A stretch of DNA of 64,000 nucleotides from Candidatus Doudnabacteria bacterium (GTDB lineage Bacteria > Patescibacteriota > Doudnabacteria > UBA920 > O2-02-FULL-48-8), in assembly GCA_039931165.1 (NCBI GenBank), contig JBDTSL010000003.1:10349-74348 (forward strand), written 5' to 3'. Shown piece by piece: positions 45,130 to 54,803 of the stretch. The notes below the pieces were generated by a model. That model had not been told where the DNA came from, did not search any database, and worked only from the letters and a program-made list of their open reading frames with translations. The position numbers and the translations under genes are program-made. Each line of letters starts with the position of its first letter. The stretch's first letter is position 1.

Positions 45130-48100
45130 ATGGATAAAAAATTATTTAAGCCAATAGACGCGAAACCGGACTTCCCCAAACTTGAGGAAGAGGTCTTGAA
45201 GTTTTGGGAAGAGAATCAGATTTTTGAAAAATCTTTGGAACAGACGCAAGAAGGGAAGCCGTATACTTTTTATGATGGTCCGCCTTTTGCCACCGGCTTG
45301 CCGCACTATGGCCATATTCTCGCGTCAGTGGTAAAAGATCTGTTCCCGCGCTACCAGACCATGAAAGGCAGATTTGTCCGCCGCAGATGGGGCTGGGATA
45401 CCCACGGTTTGCCGATCGAAGAATTGGTGGAACGCAAGCTTGGGATATCGGGCAAAAAAGACATAGAGCGAATCGGAATAAAAAAATTCAACGAAACCTG
45501 CCGCTCCATGGTCCTGGAGTATGTGGCAGAATGGCGTAAAATGGTCCGTAGAGTCGCGCGCTGGGTCGATTTTGATAATTCCTACAAGACCATGGACCGG
45601 GATTATATGGAATCGGTCTGGTGGGCTTTCAAGAAAACCTATGATAAAGGATTGATTTACGAAGGACGGAGAGTGCTTCTTTACTGCCCGAGGTGCGAGA
45701 CGCCTATTTCCAACTTTGAAGTGGCCATGGACAATAGTTATAAAGAAGTCACGGAAGAAGCGGTGACGGTGAAGTTTAAAGTGAAAGGACAGGAGAATAC
45801 ATATTTGTTGGCTTGGACGACCACGCCGTGGACTTTGCCCGGTAATGTGGCTTTGGCAGTGGGGGAGGATATTGAATATGTAAAAGTAGAAAAGGGTGGG
45901 GAGTTTTATATTGTGGCCAAAGAAAGAGTAAACTCTGTCTTTGCGAGCGAAGCGAAGCAATCTCAAAACAAGAAAGAGATTGCTTCGTCGCCGCCCAAGA
46001 TAGTCCTTGAGAATAAAGCGGCTCCTCGCAAAGACGTAGAGGCAGAATTCAAAGGCTCGGAACTTGTCGGCCTCGAATACGAGCCCTTGTTTGACGTGCC
46101 GTCTGTGGAATCCGATAAATCCTTTAAAGTTTATGCTGCGGATTTTGTAAATACCGAAGACGGCACCGGCATCGTCCATACAGCCGTGGTTTACGGCGAG
46201 GATGACTATAATCTCGGCATGAAAGTGGGTTTGCCAGTAGTTCCGCTACTTGATGAAAAAGGAATTTTTAACGACAAATCGCCAGAATTAGTTCGGGGAA
46301 AATATTTCAAAGACTCGGAAAAATTCATTAAGAAAGACCTGGAAAGCAGGGGATTGCTGTTCGCAAGAAAAATGCATCAGCATTCGTACCCGCACTGCTG
46401 GCGATGCGGGACCACGCTTTTTTACAATGCCATTCCCGCCTGGTTTATAAATATCCAAAAGATAAAGAAAGGCTTGCTTAAAACCAATGAAAAGGAGATC
46501 AATTGGTTTCCCGACCATCTGAAGCATGGCCGCTATCAGAAATCCGTGGAAGCTGCTCCGGATTGGAACATTTCCCGTAACAGGTATTGGGGCAATCCGA
46601 TTCCGGTCTGGAAGTGCGAAGCGGGACACAATACAGTCGTCGGAAGCATCAAGGATTTGGGTTTGTCAAAAAATACTTTTTATTTCATGAGGCACGGGCG
46701 CGCGGAAAACAATCTTTTGGGGTTGGTTGATTCTTGGCCGGATATTAAACATTATCCTCTAGTTCCTGAAGGAATCGAACAAGCCGAAACAAGCGCCAAA
46801 AAAATTAAGGAACTAGGCGGACTGGATTTAATATTTTCTTCGGATATTACCAGAACCAAACAAACCGCAGAAGTTGTTGGAGAAATATTTAATGTCAAAG
46901 TAAATTTTGATGAAAGAATAAGAGAGGCAAATAGCGGTGATTATAACGGGAGGACTTACGAGGACGTTAATCGAGATTTTCCATTTGAGTCCAGATGGGC
47001 TAAAGCTCAAAATGGCGGAGAGACAAATATCGAAATTCAGAAACGAATGCTCGATTTTGTCAAAGAAATTAATGCTAAATACCGGGGCAAGAAGATTTTA
47101 ATCGTCGGTCATGGCGACCCTTTGTTTATTTTGCAAAAATATTTCGGTTCAGAACGAAGTTATCCAAAATACGGCCAGGTTTACGAAATGGAGGTCAGTA
47201 TTGTTGATCTTCATCGCCCTTATATCGACGATGTCGTTCTCAAATGCGAGAAATGCGGCCAAGACGCGCGCAGAACGCCGGAAATATTCGATTCCTGGGT
47301 TGAGGCAGGCTCCATGCCTTTTTCCGAATATCATTATCCCTTCGATCAAAAAGAAACTTTCGAATCCCGGTTCCCGGGCCAATTCGTAGTCGAGTACATC
47401 GCCCAAACCCGGGCTTGGTTTTATGTCATGCACGTCATCTCATATATTTTGTTTGGCAAGGCTCCATTTGAAAATGTCGTGACCACGGGCACGATCCAGG
47501 CCGAGGATGGATCAAAAATGAGCAAATCCAAAAATAATTTTCCGGACCCGTGGATCGTCATTGAAAAATACGGAGTTGATGCCTTGCGGTTCTATCTGAT
47601 GAATTCACCCGTAATGCTGGCGGAAAATTTGGATTTCAGCGAGCGTGAGCTGGCCGTGGTTTACCGCAAGAATATCCTGATTCTTTGGAATGTTTATAAT
47701 TATTTCGTCACTTACGCCAATGAAGCGGGCTGGGAGCCGAAGCCCCCGGGATATAAGCCGGTGCTGGATAATGTATTGGACAAATGGATCGTGGCGAAAA
47801 CCCAGGAGTTGATTCTAGAGGTTACTCTGGAGTTGGATAATTACAATACTGTTAAAGCAACCCGCGCCATTGAGGCTTATATCAACGAGCTTTCAACTTG
47901 GTACCTGCGCAGGAGCAGGGGACGGAAAGATTCTCACTTTTTCGGCACCTTGCGCCACGCGCTGACGGTCCTGGCCAAAGTTTCCGCGCCGGTCATGCCC
48001 TATATGTCCGAATTGGTTTATTCGAATTTGAATAAAAATCCCGAAACCATATCCGTGCATTTGGCCAAGTGGCCGGAAAAGAAGGAATTGGACCAAGAAC

Positions 48101-48570
48101 AAAAGAAAATATTGGAGCAGATGCAGCAGGTAAGAGATCTGGTAGAGCAGGGACATGCGCTTCGCAAAGCTTCCAATATCCGCTTGAGGCAGCCATTGGA
48201 GTCATTTACTTATGATAAACAGCTATTGGCAAAGGATTTCGAAGAGATTTTGGCGGATGAATTGAATGTAAAATCGGTTAAATTCGGAAGCATTCTAGAA
48301 TTTGATCTCAAAATTACGCCTAAACTGAAAAATGAAGGCTTGGCCCGGGAGCTTGAACGGACAGTGCAGGAAATGCGGAAAAAGTCGGGCTTTAAGGTTG
48401 GCGAAAAGGCCAATTTATCGTATGATACAGAGGACAAGGAATTAAAAGCCGCTTTTGAGCTGTTTGACACAAAAAAGACATATATAGGGAAGATATCTCA
48501 AGGAAAAGGCGGGGAAGATGCGGAAATTGACGGAAAAAAAGTGTTTCTGTCTTTGCGAGGAGGCCAGTAG
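45130..48570 (+). CDS. ileS: Isoleucine--tRNA ligase (type 2, HYGH variant of HIGH)
   Basis: 'PPFATGLPHYGH' and 'KMSKSKNN'. 1146 aa. Carries an in-frame family-A repeat insertion (45976-46035). The last 6 codons and the stop lie within another family-A copy (48551-48605). Confidence 0.9.
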   Translation: MDKKLFKPIDAKPDFPKLEEEVLKFWEENQIFEKSLEQTQEGKPYTFYDGPPFATGLPHYGHILASVVKDLFPRYQTMKGRFVRRRWGWDTHGLPIEELVERKLGISGKKDIERIGIKKFNETCRSMVLEYVAEWRKMVRRVARWVDFDNSYKTMDRDYMESVWWAFKKTYDKGLIYEGRRVLLYCPRCETPISNFEVAMDNSYKEVTEEAVTVKFKVKGQENTYLLAWTTTPWTLPGNVALAVGEDIEYVKVEKGGEFYIVAKERVNSVFASEAKQSQNKKEIASSPPKIVLENKAAPRKDVEAEFKGSELVGLEYEPLFDVPSVESDKSFKVYAADFVNTEDGTGIVHTAVVYGEDDYNLGMKVGLPVVPLLDEKGIFNDKSPELVRGKYFKDSEKFIKKDLESRGLLFARKMHQHSYPHCWRCGTTLFYNAIPAWFINIQKIKKGLLKTNEKEINWFPDHLKHGRYQKSVEAAPDWNISRNRYWGNPIPVWKCEAGHNTVVGSIKDLGLSKNTFYFMRHGRAENNLLGLVDSWPDIKHYPLVPEGIEQAETSAKKIKELGGLDLIFSSDITRTKQTAEVVGEIFNVKVNFDERIREANSGDYNGRTYEDVNRDFPFESRWAKAQNGGETNIEIQKRMLDFVKEINAKYRGKKILIVGHGDPLFILQKYFGSERSYPKYGQVYEMEVSIVDLHRPYIDDVVLKCEKCGQDARRTPEIFDSWVEAGSMPFSEYHYPFDQKETFESRFPGQFVVEYIAQTRAWFYVMHVISYILFGKAPFENVVTTGTIQAEDGSKMSKSKNNFPDPWIVIEKYGVDALRFYLMNSPVMLAENLDFSERELAVVYRKNILILWNVYNYFVTYANEAGWEPKPPGYKPVLDNVLDKWIVAKTQELILEVTLELDNYNTVKATRAIEAYINELSTWYLRRSRGRKDSHFFGTLRHALTVLAKVSAPVMPYMSELVYSNLNKNPETISVHLAKWPEKKELDQEQKKILEQMQQVRDLVEQGHALRKASNIRLRQPLESFTYDKQLLAKDFEEILADELNVKSVKFGSILEFDLKITPKLKNEGLARELERTVQEMRKKSGFKVGEKANLSYDTEDKELKAAFELFDTKKTYIGKISQGKGGEDAEIDGKKVFLSLRGGQ
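45976..46035 (+). repeat. Family-A repeat inserted in frame in ileS (encodes EIASSPPKIVLENKAAPRKD)
   Basis: GAGATTGCTTCGTCGCCGCCCAAGATAGTCCTTGAGAATAAAGCGGCTCCTCGCAAAGAC. Only this frame of the element is open. Confidence 0.75.
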
Positions 48571-48682
48571 AATTGGGTCAAATTGTCTGGCCGACGAAGC
48601 AATCTTTTTACTCAAAAAACGAGATTGCTTCGCGACCGCCCAAGATTAAGTCTCATCGATAAAGCGGTCGCTCGCAAAGACA
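48551..48682. repeat. Two family-A repeat copies in opposite orientation: 48551-48605 (reverse, overlapping the ileS stop) and 48621-48682 (forward), between ileS and recO
   Basis: CTTTGCGAGGAGGCC...CGACGAAGCAATCT, then GAGATTGCTTCGCGACCGCCCAAGATTAAG...AAAGCGGTCGCTCGCAAAGAC. Confidence 0.7.
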
Positions 48683-48700
48683 GTAAGCAGTCCAAAAATT

Positions 48701-49243
48701 ATGCGATACAAAAAACTCACGGGCATAATCCTAAAGAAACAAAATTACAGGGAAGCCGATCAAATAGTCAGCGTCTGGACCAGAGAGGCCGGGAAAGTCA
48801 GAGTTTTGGCCAAGTCCCTGCGCAAACCGGCAAGTAAGCTCAGTTATGCCATGCAGGATCTGTCGGAAGCGGAAATCCACTGCGCCGGAAACCACTTGCC
48901 GACCTTGATCGGAGCCAAACCGATACGGCAGTTCAAAAGCCTGACCCAGGACCTGAAAAAAACCGCGATCGCATTCTATGCCGCGGAACTGATGCTGAAT
49001 ATGACGGCAGACGAGCATCCACACCGGCAAGCTTATGATTTGTTGAGCGATTTTTTATGTCAGCTCGACGAACAAACAGTGGGAGGGCACTATGCTTTCA
49101 TTGACGGGTTTGCCTTGGCTCTGGCGCAGGTTTTGGGATTTGGCGTTCCGAAAAACGCCCATTCCCACCGCGACGTCAACCAATTCATGGAGCACATTTT
49201 GGAACGCAGTGTTAAATCCGAATTATTTTTAATGCAGATATAA
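48701..49243 (+). CDS. recO: DNA repair protein RecO (short form)
   Basis: RecO N-terminal OB fold 'LTGIILKKQNYREADQIVSVWTREAGKVRVLAKSLRKPASKL'. 180 aa. Confidence 0.75.
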   Translation: MRYKKLTGIILKKQNYREADQIVSVWTREAGKVRVLAKSLRKPASKLSYAMQDLSEAEIHCAGNHLPTLIGAKPIRQFKSLTQDLKKTAIAFYAAELMLNMTADEHPHRQAYDLLSDFLCQLDEQTVGGHYAFIDGFALALAQVLGFGVPKNAHSHRDVNQFMEHILERSVKSELFLMQI

Positions 49244-49303
49244 GATTGAAGATATAAGTCTAAAATCTTTAATCTATTATTTTTTAATCTTTAATCTATC
49301 TTT

Positions 49304-51094
49304 ATGGAAGATCAAATTTTAGACGCACAAACCAGAGAAGAACTTCCGGTGGATATTGCCGCCCCGGCCAATGCCCCGGGCTCTGAGTCCGGATGGAAAA
49401 GGTTTTTCAAAAACAAGAAAATAATCATTCCTTCTGCCGTGGCTATCGTTTTGCTGGCCGGCATAGCCGGATATTTTTTGACCCATAAAGCCGCAGCTCC
49501 GAATCCGACCTCGACCAACGTACTGCTTACTGTAAAAGGGCCTGACCAGCTGACGAGCGGCAATGAAGCCGAATACCACATTGTTTACCTCAACGGCGAA
49601 AATGCGGATCTGGTCGGGATCTCCATGGAAGTTTTTTATCCGACCGGCTTCCAGTTTAAATCTTCAACGCCTACTGCCACCACATCTTCGGGCCAGACGT
49701 TTAATTTACCCGTGCTTAAGCAGGGGCAGAGGTTTGAAGTAGTTATCCGCGGAAAACTTTCGGGTTCTACCGGAGAAGATAAGGAGATAAAAGCCAGGCT
49801 TCATTACCGGCTGTCCAATTTTAATTCCGAATTTTTAGTGGAACAAAGCGTCCACACCGGCATTCTTCCGCCGAACCTGACCATGGACATCAATGGCCCG
49901 GTGGATGTGGTCAATGGACAGGATACGACTTTTACCGTCAATTTTACCAACGTTTCGCCCCAGGATTTTGACAATTTGGCTATTCAGCTGACATATCCCG
50001 AGGGTTTTACGTTTACTTCATCCAGTCCGCTGCCCGCGAAAAACAAGAATTACTGGACCATTCCCAAAGTTGCCAGCGCAAGCTCGTCCAGCATCAGTAT
50101 TACCGGGAATTTTTCCGGAGATCCGACCGCGGATAAACTGGTCAGAGCGGATCTTGGTCAGATCATAAACAATAATTTCGCTCTCCAGATCAGCTCGACC
50201 GCCACTTTTAAAATTATCCCGTCGTCACTGGCCCTGGCCGTTTCCGCCCAGCCGGATAATTTCGTCAAACTGGGCGATACTGTCAACTATAAGCTGAAAT
50301 ATACCAATCAGGGATCAATCGGCCTGAGCAACCTCGTGGTTGTACTGACCCTCGACGGCCCGGCTCTGGATTTTGTCAGGCTGAATACCCAAAACGGGAT
50401 AGTAACCGGCAATACGCTGACCTGGAAAGCGGCAACCACTTCAGCTCTTGCGGCACTGTCCCCGAACGAAACCGGAGAAATTGTTGTTTCGGTCCCGGTT
50501 AAGGATAATTTGACGACTAATCTGAAAAATCAAACCATTACCGCAAAAGCCATCATCTCTTCCGATGAAATTACCCAGCCGACCAAAGCCGACCCAATCG
50601 TGCTGAAGCTGATCTCGGGGATGGACCTGACAGTGGACGGAAGCTATTCTTCCGGTGCCTTACCTATGACGGTCGGCCAGTCAACTTTGTTTGATATCAC
50701 GTTTACGCTTTCCAATTTAAGCAATGACCTGTCCGGCACTATTGTCACGGCCTCTCTGCCCCTGCCGCCAACTGCCTGGAAAAATGTGGTCTTGCCGGAT
50801 TCGGAAAAGCAGCGCCTGACCTATGACCCGAATTCCGGAAAGATCACCTGGCGCATCGAAACCCTGCCTGCGTTCACCGGCCGATTTATTCCGGCGCTGA
50901 GGGTCACCTTCCAGATCGAAGTCACCCCAACCGAATCCAATCGCGGCAATACCGTAAACCTGCTTTCCGATGTGCAGGCCACAGGCACCGATAGCTTCGT
51001 CAATCAGCCGATCCAAACCCAAAACATCAGCACAATATCGACCTCGACTATCAATGATGATGTTTTGAACGCAAAAGGAACGACAGTGCAGTAG
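49304..51094 (+). CDS. Cell-surface protein with N-terminal TM anchor and repeated DUF11-like beta-sandwich domains
   Basis: The TM 'IIIPSAVAIVLLAGIAGYFL' is followed by repeats of the pattern 'GD/QxxxYxLxYxNxG' with Thr/Ser-rich beta strands. Confidence 0.5.
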   Translation: MEDQILDAQTREELPVDIAAPANAPGSESGWKRFFKNKKIIIPSAVAIVLLAGIAGYFLTHKAAAPNPTSTNVLLTVKGPDQLTSGNEAEYHIVYLNGENADLVGISMEVFYPTGFQFKSSTPTATTSSGQTFNLPVLKQGQRFEVVIRGKLSGSTGEDKEIKARLHYRLSNFNSEFLVEQSVHTGILPPNLTMDINGPVDVVNGQDTTFTVNFTNVSPQDFDNLAIQLTYPEGFTFTSSSPLPAKNKNYWTIPKVASASSSSISITGNFSGDPTADKLVRADLGQIINNNFALQISSTATFKIIPSSLALAVSAQPDNFVKLGDTVNYKLKYTNQGSIGLSNLVVVLTLDGPALDFVRLNTQNGIVTGNTLTWKAATTSALAALSPNETGEIVVSVPVKDNLTTNLKNQTITAKAIISSDEITQPTKADPIVLKLISGMDLTVDGSYSSGALPMTVGQSTLFDITFTLSNLSNDLSGTIVTASLPLPPTAWKNVVLPDSEKQRLTYDPNSGKITWRIETLPAFTGRFIPALRVTFQIEVTPTESNRGNTVNLLSDVQATGTDSFVNQPIQTQNISTISTSTINDDVLNAKGTTVQ

Positions 51095-51095
51095 A

Positions 51096-51200
51096 AGAGT
51101 ATAAAGGGGAAAGTATAAAGTATAAAGGCCGAGCTCTAATGCTTGGCCTTTAAAATTTCCTATATACTTTATACTTGTCCCTTTATATTTTTTATGGCTT
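51096..51200. terminator. Extended palindromic bidirectional terminator
   Basis: Central hairpin AAAGGCC-gagctctaatgctt-GGCCTTT. It is flanked by inverted GTATAAAG-type repeats: GTATAAAGGGGAAAGTATAAAGTATAAAGG ... CCTATATACTTTATACTTGTCCCTTTATAT. Confidence 0.55.
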
Positions 51201-52340
51201 CACATATGCCAGGGGGTTTTGATGCACACCATTTTTTATGACCTCAAAGTGCAGATGAATGCCGGTGGTGCCGCGGACGCGGCCGGTGTGGCCTTGTTTC
51301 GCGATCTGCTGGCCCTTCTTCACATAATCACCGGCAGAGACGTATAGCGTCGAGGCATGCCCGTAGCGGGTTTTAAAGCCGCTGCCATGATTGATGACAA
51401 TTGTGTTGCCGTAGCCGTTGGACTGAAAACCGGAAATTTCCACGAATCCGTCGGCAGCCGCATAAATCGGCTCTTCTTTGCTGTCCGATATATCAATTCC
51501 CGAATGGCGGCTCGAGAAACCCTGGGTAATCTTTCGCACTGTCGTCGGCCATACAAAGCTTATTGGACCTGCCGTAAAATCCGCCGGTGTCTGAGCTGTC
51601 TTCAAGGCAATTTTATTGCTTTCGTCTTTGACGAAAGTTGAAGGCGGTTTGGGCTTGGTTGGAAGAGTGACATTGTGCAAGGGGATAACGACAGTGGCTC
51701 CCACATCCAAATCGTCAAATGATTCAATGTTGTTTGCATCCAAAAAATCTTCTTCCAAAACTTTATATTTGCTCAAGATCGAATCCAAGGTATCGCCGGC
51801 TTTGAGGGTATAGGTAATTCCTGTGGTCGGCAAGATGGTCAATTCCTGCCCCGGCTTGATAATGCTGGTAGTGTCCAATTTATTTTCCATCATTATCGTC
51901 TGCGGCGAGATGCCGAAGCTTGAGGCAACGCTGATCAGCGTGTCGCCGGATTGGACATTGTATTTGGTCAGCCCCAGGCGGGATGTGTTCTGAGTATCCG
52001 CCGGGTTGGTTTTCATGATCACGTCAGCCTGAATGGTGGTCGGATCGGAGATCGGAGTTTTGGCCGGAGCCGCGGAGGCCAGAACAATGCCGAATACCGA
52101 CTGGGCCGAAACTTTGGAAACCTGCCGGTCGCTTTTTGCCAAAATGGTGGTGGTGTCACTGGAAGACAGAAGCCGGGGATTCATGTTTGGGTTGGCCTTA
52201 AGAAACGAAAAAATCACGCTTTGGTCCGATGATGAAATCAGGTTGGCGTGATTGCTTAGTGAAAAATTTACGAAAACCGCAAGGCAGCCGATCGTTAAAA
52301 CGACCAACTCCAGGCTGAAACGGGCAACATAGTCCGGCAC
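51192..52340 (-). CDS. LysM-domain M23-family peptidoglycan endopeptidase
   Basis: Two LysM repeats ('YNVQSGDTLISVASSFGISPQTI' and 'YTLKAGDTLDSILSKY') and the M23 motifs 'HSGIDI...' and 'GHTGRVRGTTGIHLHFEV'. Confidence 0.85.
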   Translation of the reverse strand: MPDYVARFSLELVVLTIGCLAVFVNFSLSNHANLISSSDQSVIFSFLKANPNMNPRLLSSSDTTTILAKSDRQVSKVSAQSVFGIVLASAAPAKTPISDPTTIQADVIMKTNPADTQNTSRLGLTKYNVQSGDTLISVASSFGISPQTIMMENKLDTTSIIKPGQELTILPTTGITYTLKAGDTLDSILSKYKVLEEDFLDANNIESFDDLDVGATVVIPLHNVTLPTKPKPPSTFVKDESNKIALKTAQTPADFTAGPISFVWPTTVRKITQGFSSRHSGIDISDSKEEPIYAAADGFVEISGFQSNGYGNTIVINHGSGFKTRYGHASTLYVSAGDYVKKGQQIAKQGHTGRVRGTTGIHLHFEVIKNGVHQNPLAYVKP

Positions 52341-52695
52341 GGAAAGGGGGAGCAGGGTCCGCGAGTGGAGGGATTTGAAGGGATGAATTGTGAACTTGCT
52401 ATTCGATTTCCAGGATTCAGTGAACTTTTTGAGTGAGGAAATGAGAAGTAAAATAAGAACTCCTTATAAACACCAATCATGGCTTGCTTTATCAACTCAA
52501 CCACAGAAATGGAAATTTATTCCGTAAAAGCAAGCTAATCTTGGGCTAACTGTTCTTCATAAAGCAACAATAATCACAGCCCAAATCTTATCAAAATCAG
52601 CTTAATCGGTCAATACTTTTTGTGCTGTTTTCGGTGTATAAGTCGGAATAAAGCCTGTTTTAAAGGTTATTATTCATAGGCAATATCCACAGAAG

Positions 52696-52777
52696 ATAGG
52701 TTATAGGTGGTAGGTGATAGGTTATAGTAAAAAAAGCCATATTTTTCTACAACCTACAACCTAAAACCTATAACCTG
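52696..52777. repeat. Family-B heptamer repeats arranged as an inverted pair upstream of pcrA
   Basis: ATAGGTTATAGGTGGTAGGTGATAGGTTATAG, then a 20-nt spacer, then CTACAACCTACAACCTAAAACCTATAACCT. This can fold into a long imperfect hairpin. Confidence 0.65.
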
Positions 52778-52792
52778 TATACTGCTTAAGCT

Positions 52793-54802
52793 ATGAAAGA
52801 TAATTTGGGCCTGAATCAGGCGCAACTTGAAGCCGTAACCGCTCCCATGGGGCCGGTGTTGATCTTGGCCGGCGCCGGCAGCGGAAAAACCCGTGCTTTG
52901 ACCATGCGCATAGTTTATCTGATAAAAAAGATCGGATTGAACCCGCGGAACATTTTGGCCGTGACTTTCACGAATAAAGCCGCAGGCGAAATGAAAGCAA
53001 GGATCAATAAATTGCTTGGGAAAAATTTAACAGGCCTGCCGACAATGGGAACTTTTCACTCCATCGGGGTCAAGATTTTGAGGATCGAAGGAAAGTTGGT
53101 GGGATTGGATCCCAATTTTTTGATCAATGACAATCAGGATCAGGAAAGCCTGCTGAAGGATATTCTGATCCGTCTGCGGGTGGACCCGACCAAATACAAG
53201 CCTTCGGTATTCGCCAATATCATCGACCGGGCAAAAAATAATCTGGAAGAACCGGAAGACCTGCCCGATGATGATAAGACATTCTCAAGAACGGCAAAAA
53301 AAGTTTACGCGGAGTACCAGGAACAATTGCGTAAAAATAACGCCGTGGACTTCGGCGATCTTTTGGTGCTGCCGGTCCGGATCTTCCAGAAGCACCCGGA
53401 GGTTTTGAAAAAATATCAGCAGCTCTGGCAATATATTTTGGTCGATGAGTATCAGGACACCAACTATGCCCAATATATTTTTACCAGGCTTTTGGCCGCG
53501 GCCCATGAAAATATTTTTGTGGTCGGGGATGACGCCCAGGCGATTTACGGTTTTCGGGGGGCCAACCTCCAAAACATCCTTGATTTCGAAAAAGATTATC
53601 CCAAATCCCGTGTCATCAGATTGGAACAGAATTACCGCTCCACGGCTCCGATCCTGGCGGTTGCTGAGAAGATCATTGAATTAAGCCCGCGGCAGCACAA
53701 AAAAAAGCTCTGGACAGAAAACGAGCAGGGTAAAACCCCGACTTTATTCATTGCCGAGGATGAATTGTCTGAAGCCTACTTTGTGGCCGGCAAGATCATT
53801 GAACACCAAGACGGCAAGCCTGAAGGCATGACTTATGACTATGATAATGACGATGACCAGACAATATTGGGCAGGATTATGCGCAATGCCCGCTCCAAAG
53901 TCTTGCCCAAGCTTAAGAACCGGATCGGACTGAATAATATCGCTATTTTATACCGCACGCATGCCCAATCCCGTGTTTTGGAAGAGGTCATGATCGAAGC
54001 GTCTATTCCGTACCAGATCGTCGGCGGCCTGAAATTTTACGAGAGAAAGGAAATCAAGGATATTTTAAGTTACTTGCGGCTTTTGGTGAATCCGAATGAC
54101 CTGATCAGCCTGAAACGGGTGATCAACACCCCTCCGCGCGGCATCGGGCCCAAAAGTTTTGATCTGCTGAAGGAATCTTTGATCGAAAGAGACGAAAAAT
54201 TATTGAATGAGCTGATGGCTGCCAAGCCCGCTGTCAAGAATTTTTTTGAGATGCAGGACCTGCTGAATAGGCTCGACGAGTCGGGAAATCTGCTCGATCT
54301 ACTGCGAAGTGTCCTGAAGCTGACCGGCTACGAAAGTTTTTTGCGCGACGGGTCGGAAGAAGGTGAAGGACGGTGGGAGAACGTCCAGGAATTGTTTAAC
54401 GTTGCCGGAAGTTTTCGGGGATTGCCCTGGAAAGAAGGCTTGAATCAGTTTTTGGAGGAAGTGGCGCTGATGACGCAGGCGGATGAGGTCGATTTAAATT
54501 CACCGAAAGTAACTCTGATGACATTGCATCAGGCCAAGGGTCTGGAATTTGATCTGGTGTTTTTAGTCGGGCTTGAGGAAGGATTGCTGCCGCACGCCCG
54601 TTCGCTGCTCGAATCGAAAGACATTGCCGAAGAAGTGCGCCTGGCGTATGTCGGAGTGACGCGCGCGCGCAAGGTTCTGTACTTGGTGTATGCTCAATCC
54701 CGTAAGCAATACGGGTTACGCAATGTCAGCATCCCTTCAAGGATCCTGAAAGCGATCCCGGAAGAACTGCTTGATATTCAGCAGGGACTTTCATCGTGGT
54801 AA
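52793..54802 (+). CDS. pcrA: ATP-dependent DNA helicase PcrA/UvrD
   Basis: 'LILAGAGSGKTRALTMRIVYLI' Walker A, 'VDEYQDTN', 'VGDDAQAIYGFRGA' and 'VTLMTLHQAKGLEFD'. Confidence 0.9.
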   Translation: MKDNLGLNQAQLEAVTAPMGPVLILAGAGSGKTRALTMRIVYLIKKIGLNPRNILAVTFTNKAAGEMKARINKLLGKNLTGLPTMGTFHSIGVKILRIEGKLVGLDPNFLINDNQDQESLLKDILIRLRVDPTKYKPSVFANIIDRAKNNLEEPEDLPDDDKTFSRTAKKVYAEYQEQLRKNNAVDFGDLLVLPVRIFQKHPEVLKKYQQLWQYILVDEYQDTNYAQYIFTRLLAAAHENIFVVGDDAQAIYGFRGANLQNILDFEKDYPKSRVIRLEQNYRSTAPILAVAEKIIELSPRQHKKKLWTENEQGKTPTLFIAEDELSEAYFVAGKIIEHQDGKPEGMTYDYDNDDDQTILGRIMRNARSKVLPKLKNRIGLNNIAILYRTHAQSRVLEEVMIEASIPYQIVGGLKFYERKEIKDILSYLRLLVNPNDLISLKRVINTPPRGIGPKSFDLLKESLIERDEKLLNELMAAKPAVKNFFEMQDLLNRLDESGNLLDLLRSVLKLTGYESFLRDGSEEGEGRWENVQELFNVAGSFRGLPWKEGLNQFLEEVALMTQADEVDLNSPKVTLMTLHQAKGLEFDLVFLVGLEEGLLPHARSLLESKDIAEEVRLAYVGVTRARKVLYLVYAQSRKQYGLRNVSIPSRILKAIPEELLDIQQGLSSW

Positions 54803-54803
54803 T

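Noticed and set aside
45325-46179. 284-aa antisense ORF inside ileS
   Set aside because: It overlaps the ileS coding region on the opposite strand. Part of its openness comes from the repeat element, which is open in one reverse frame. No independent support.
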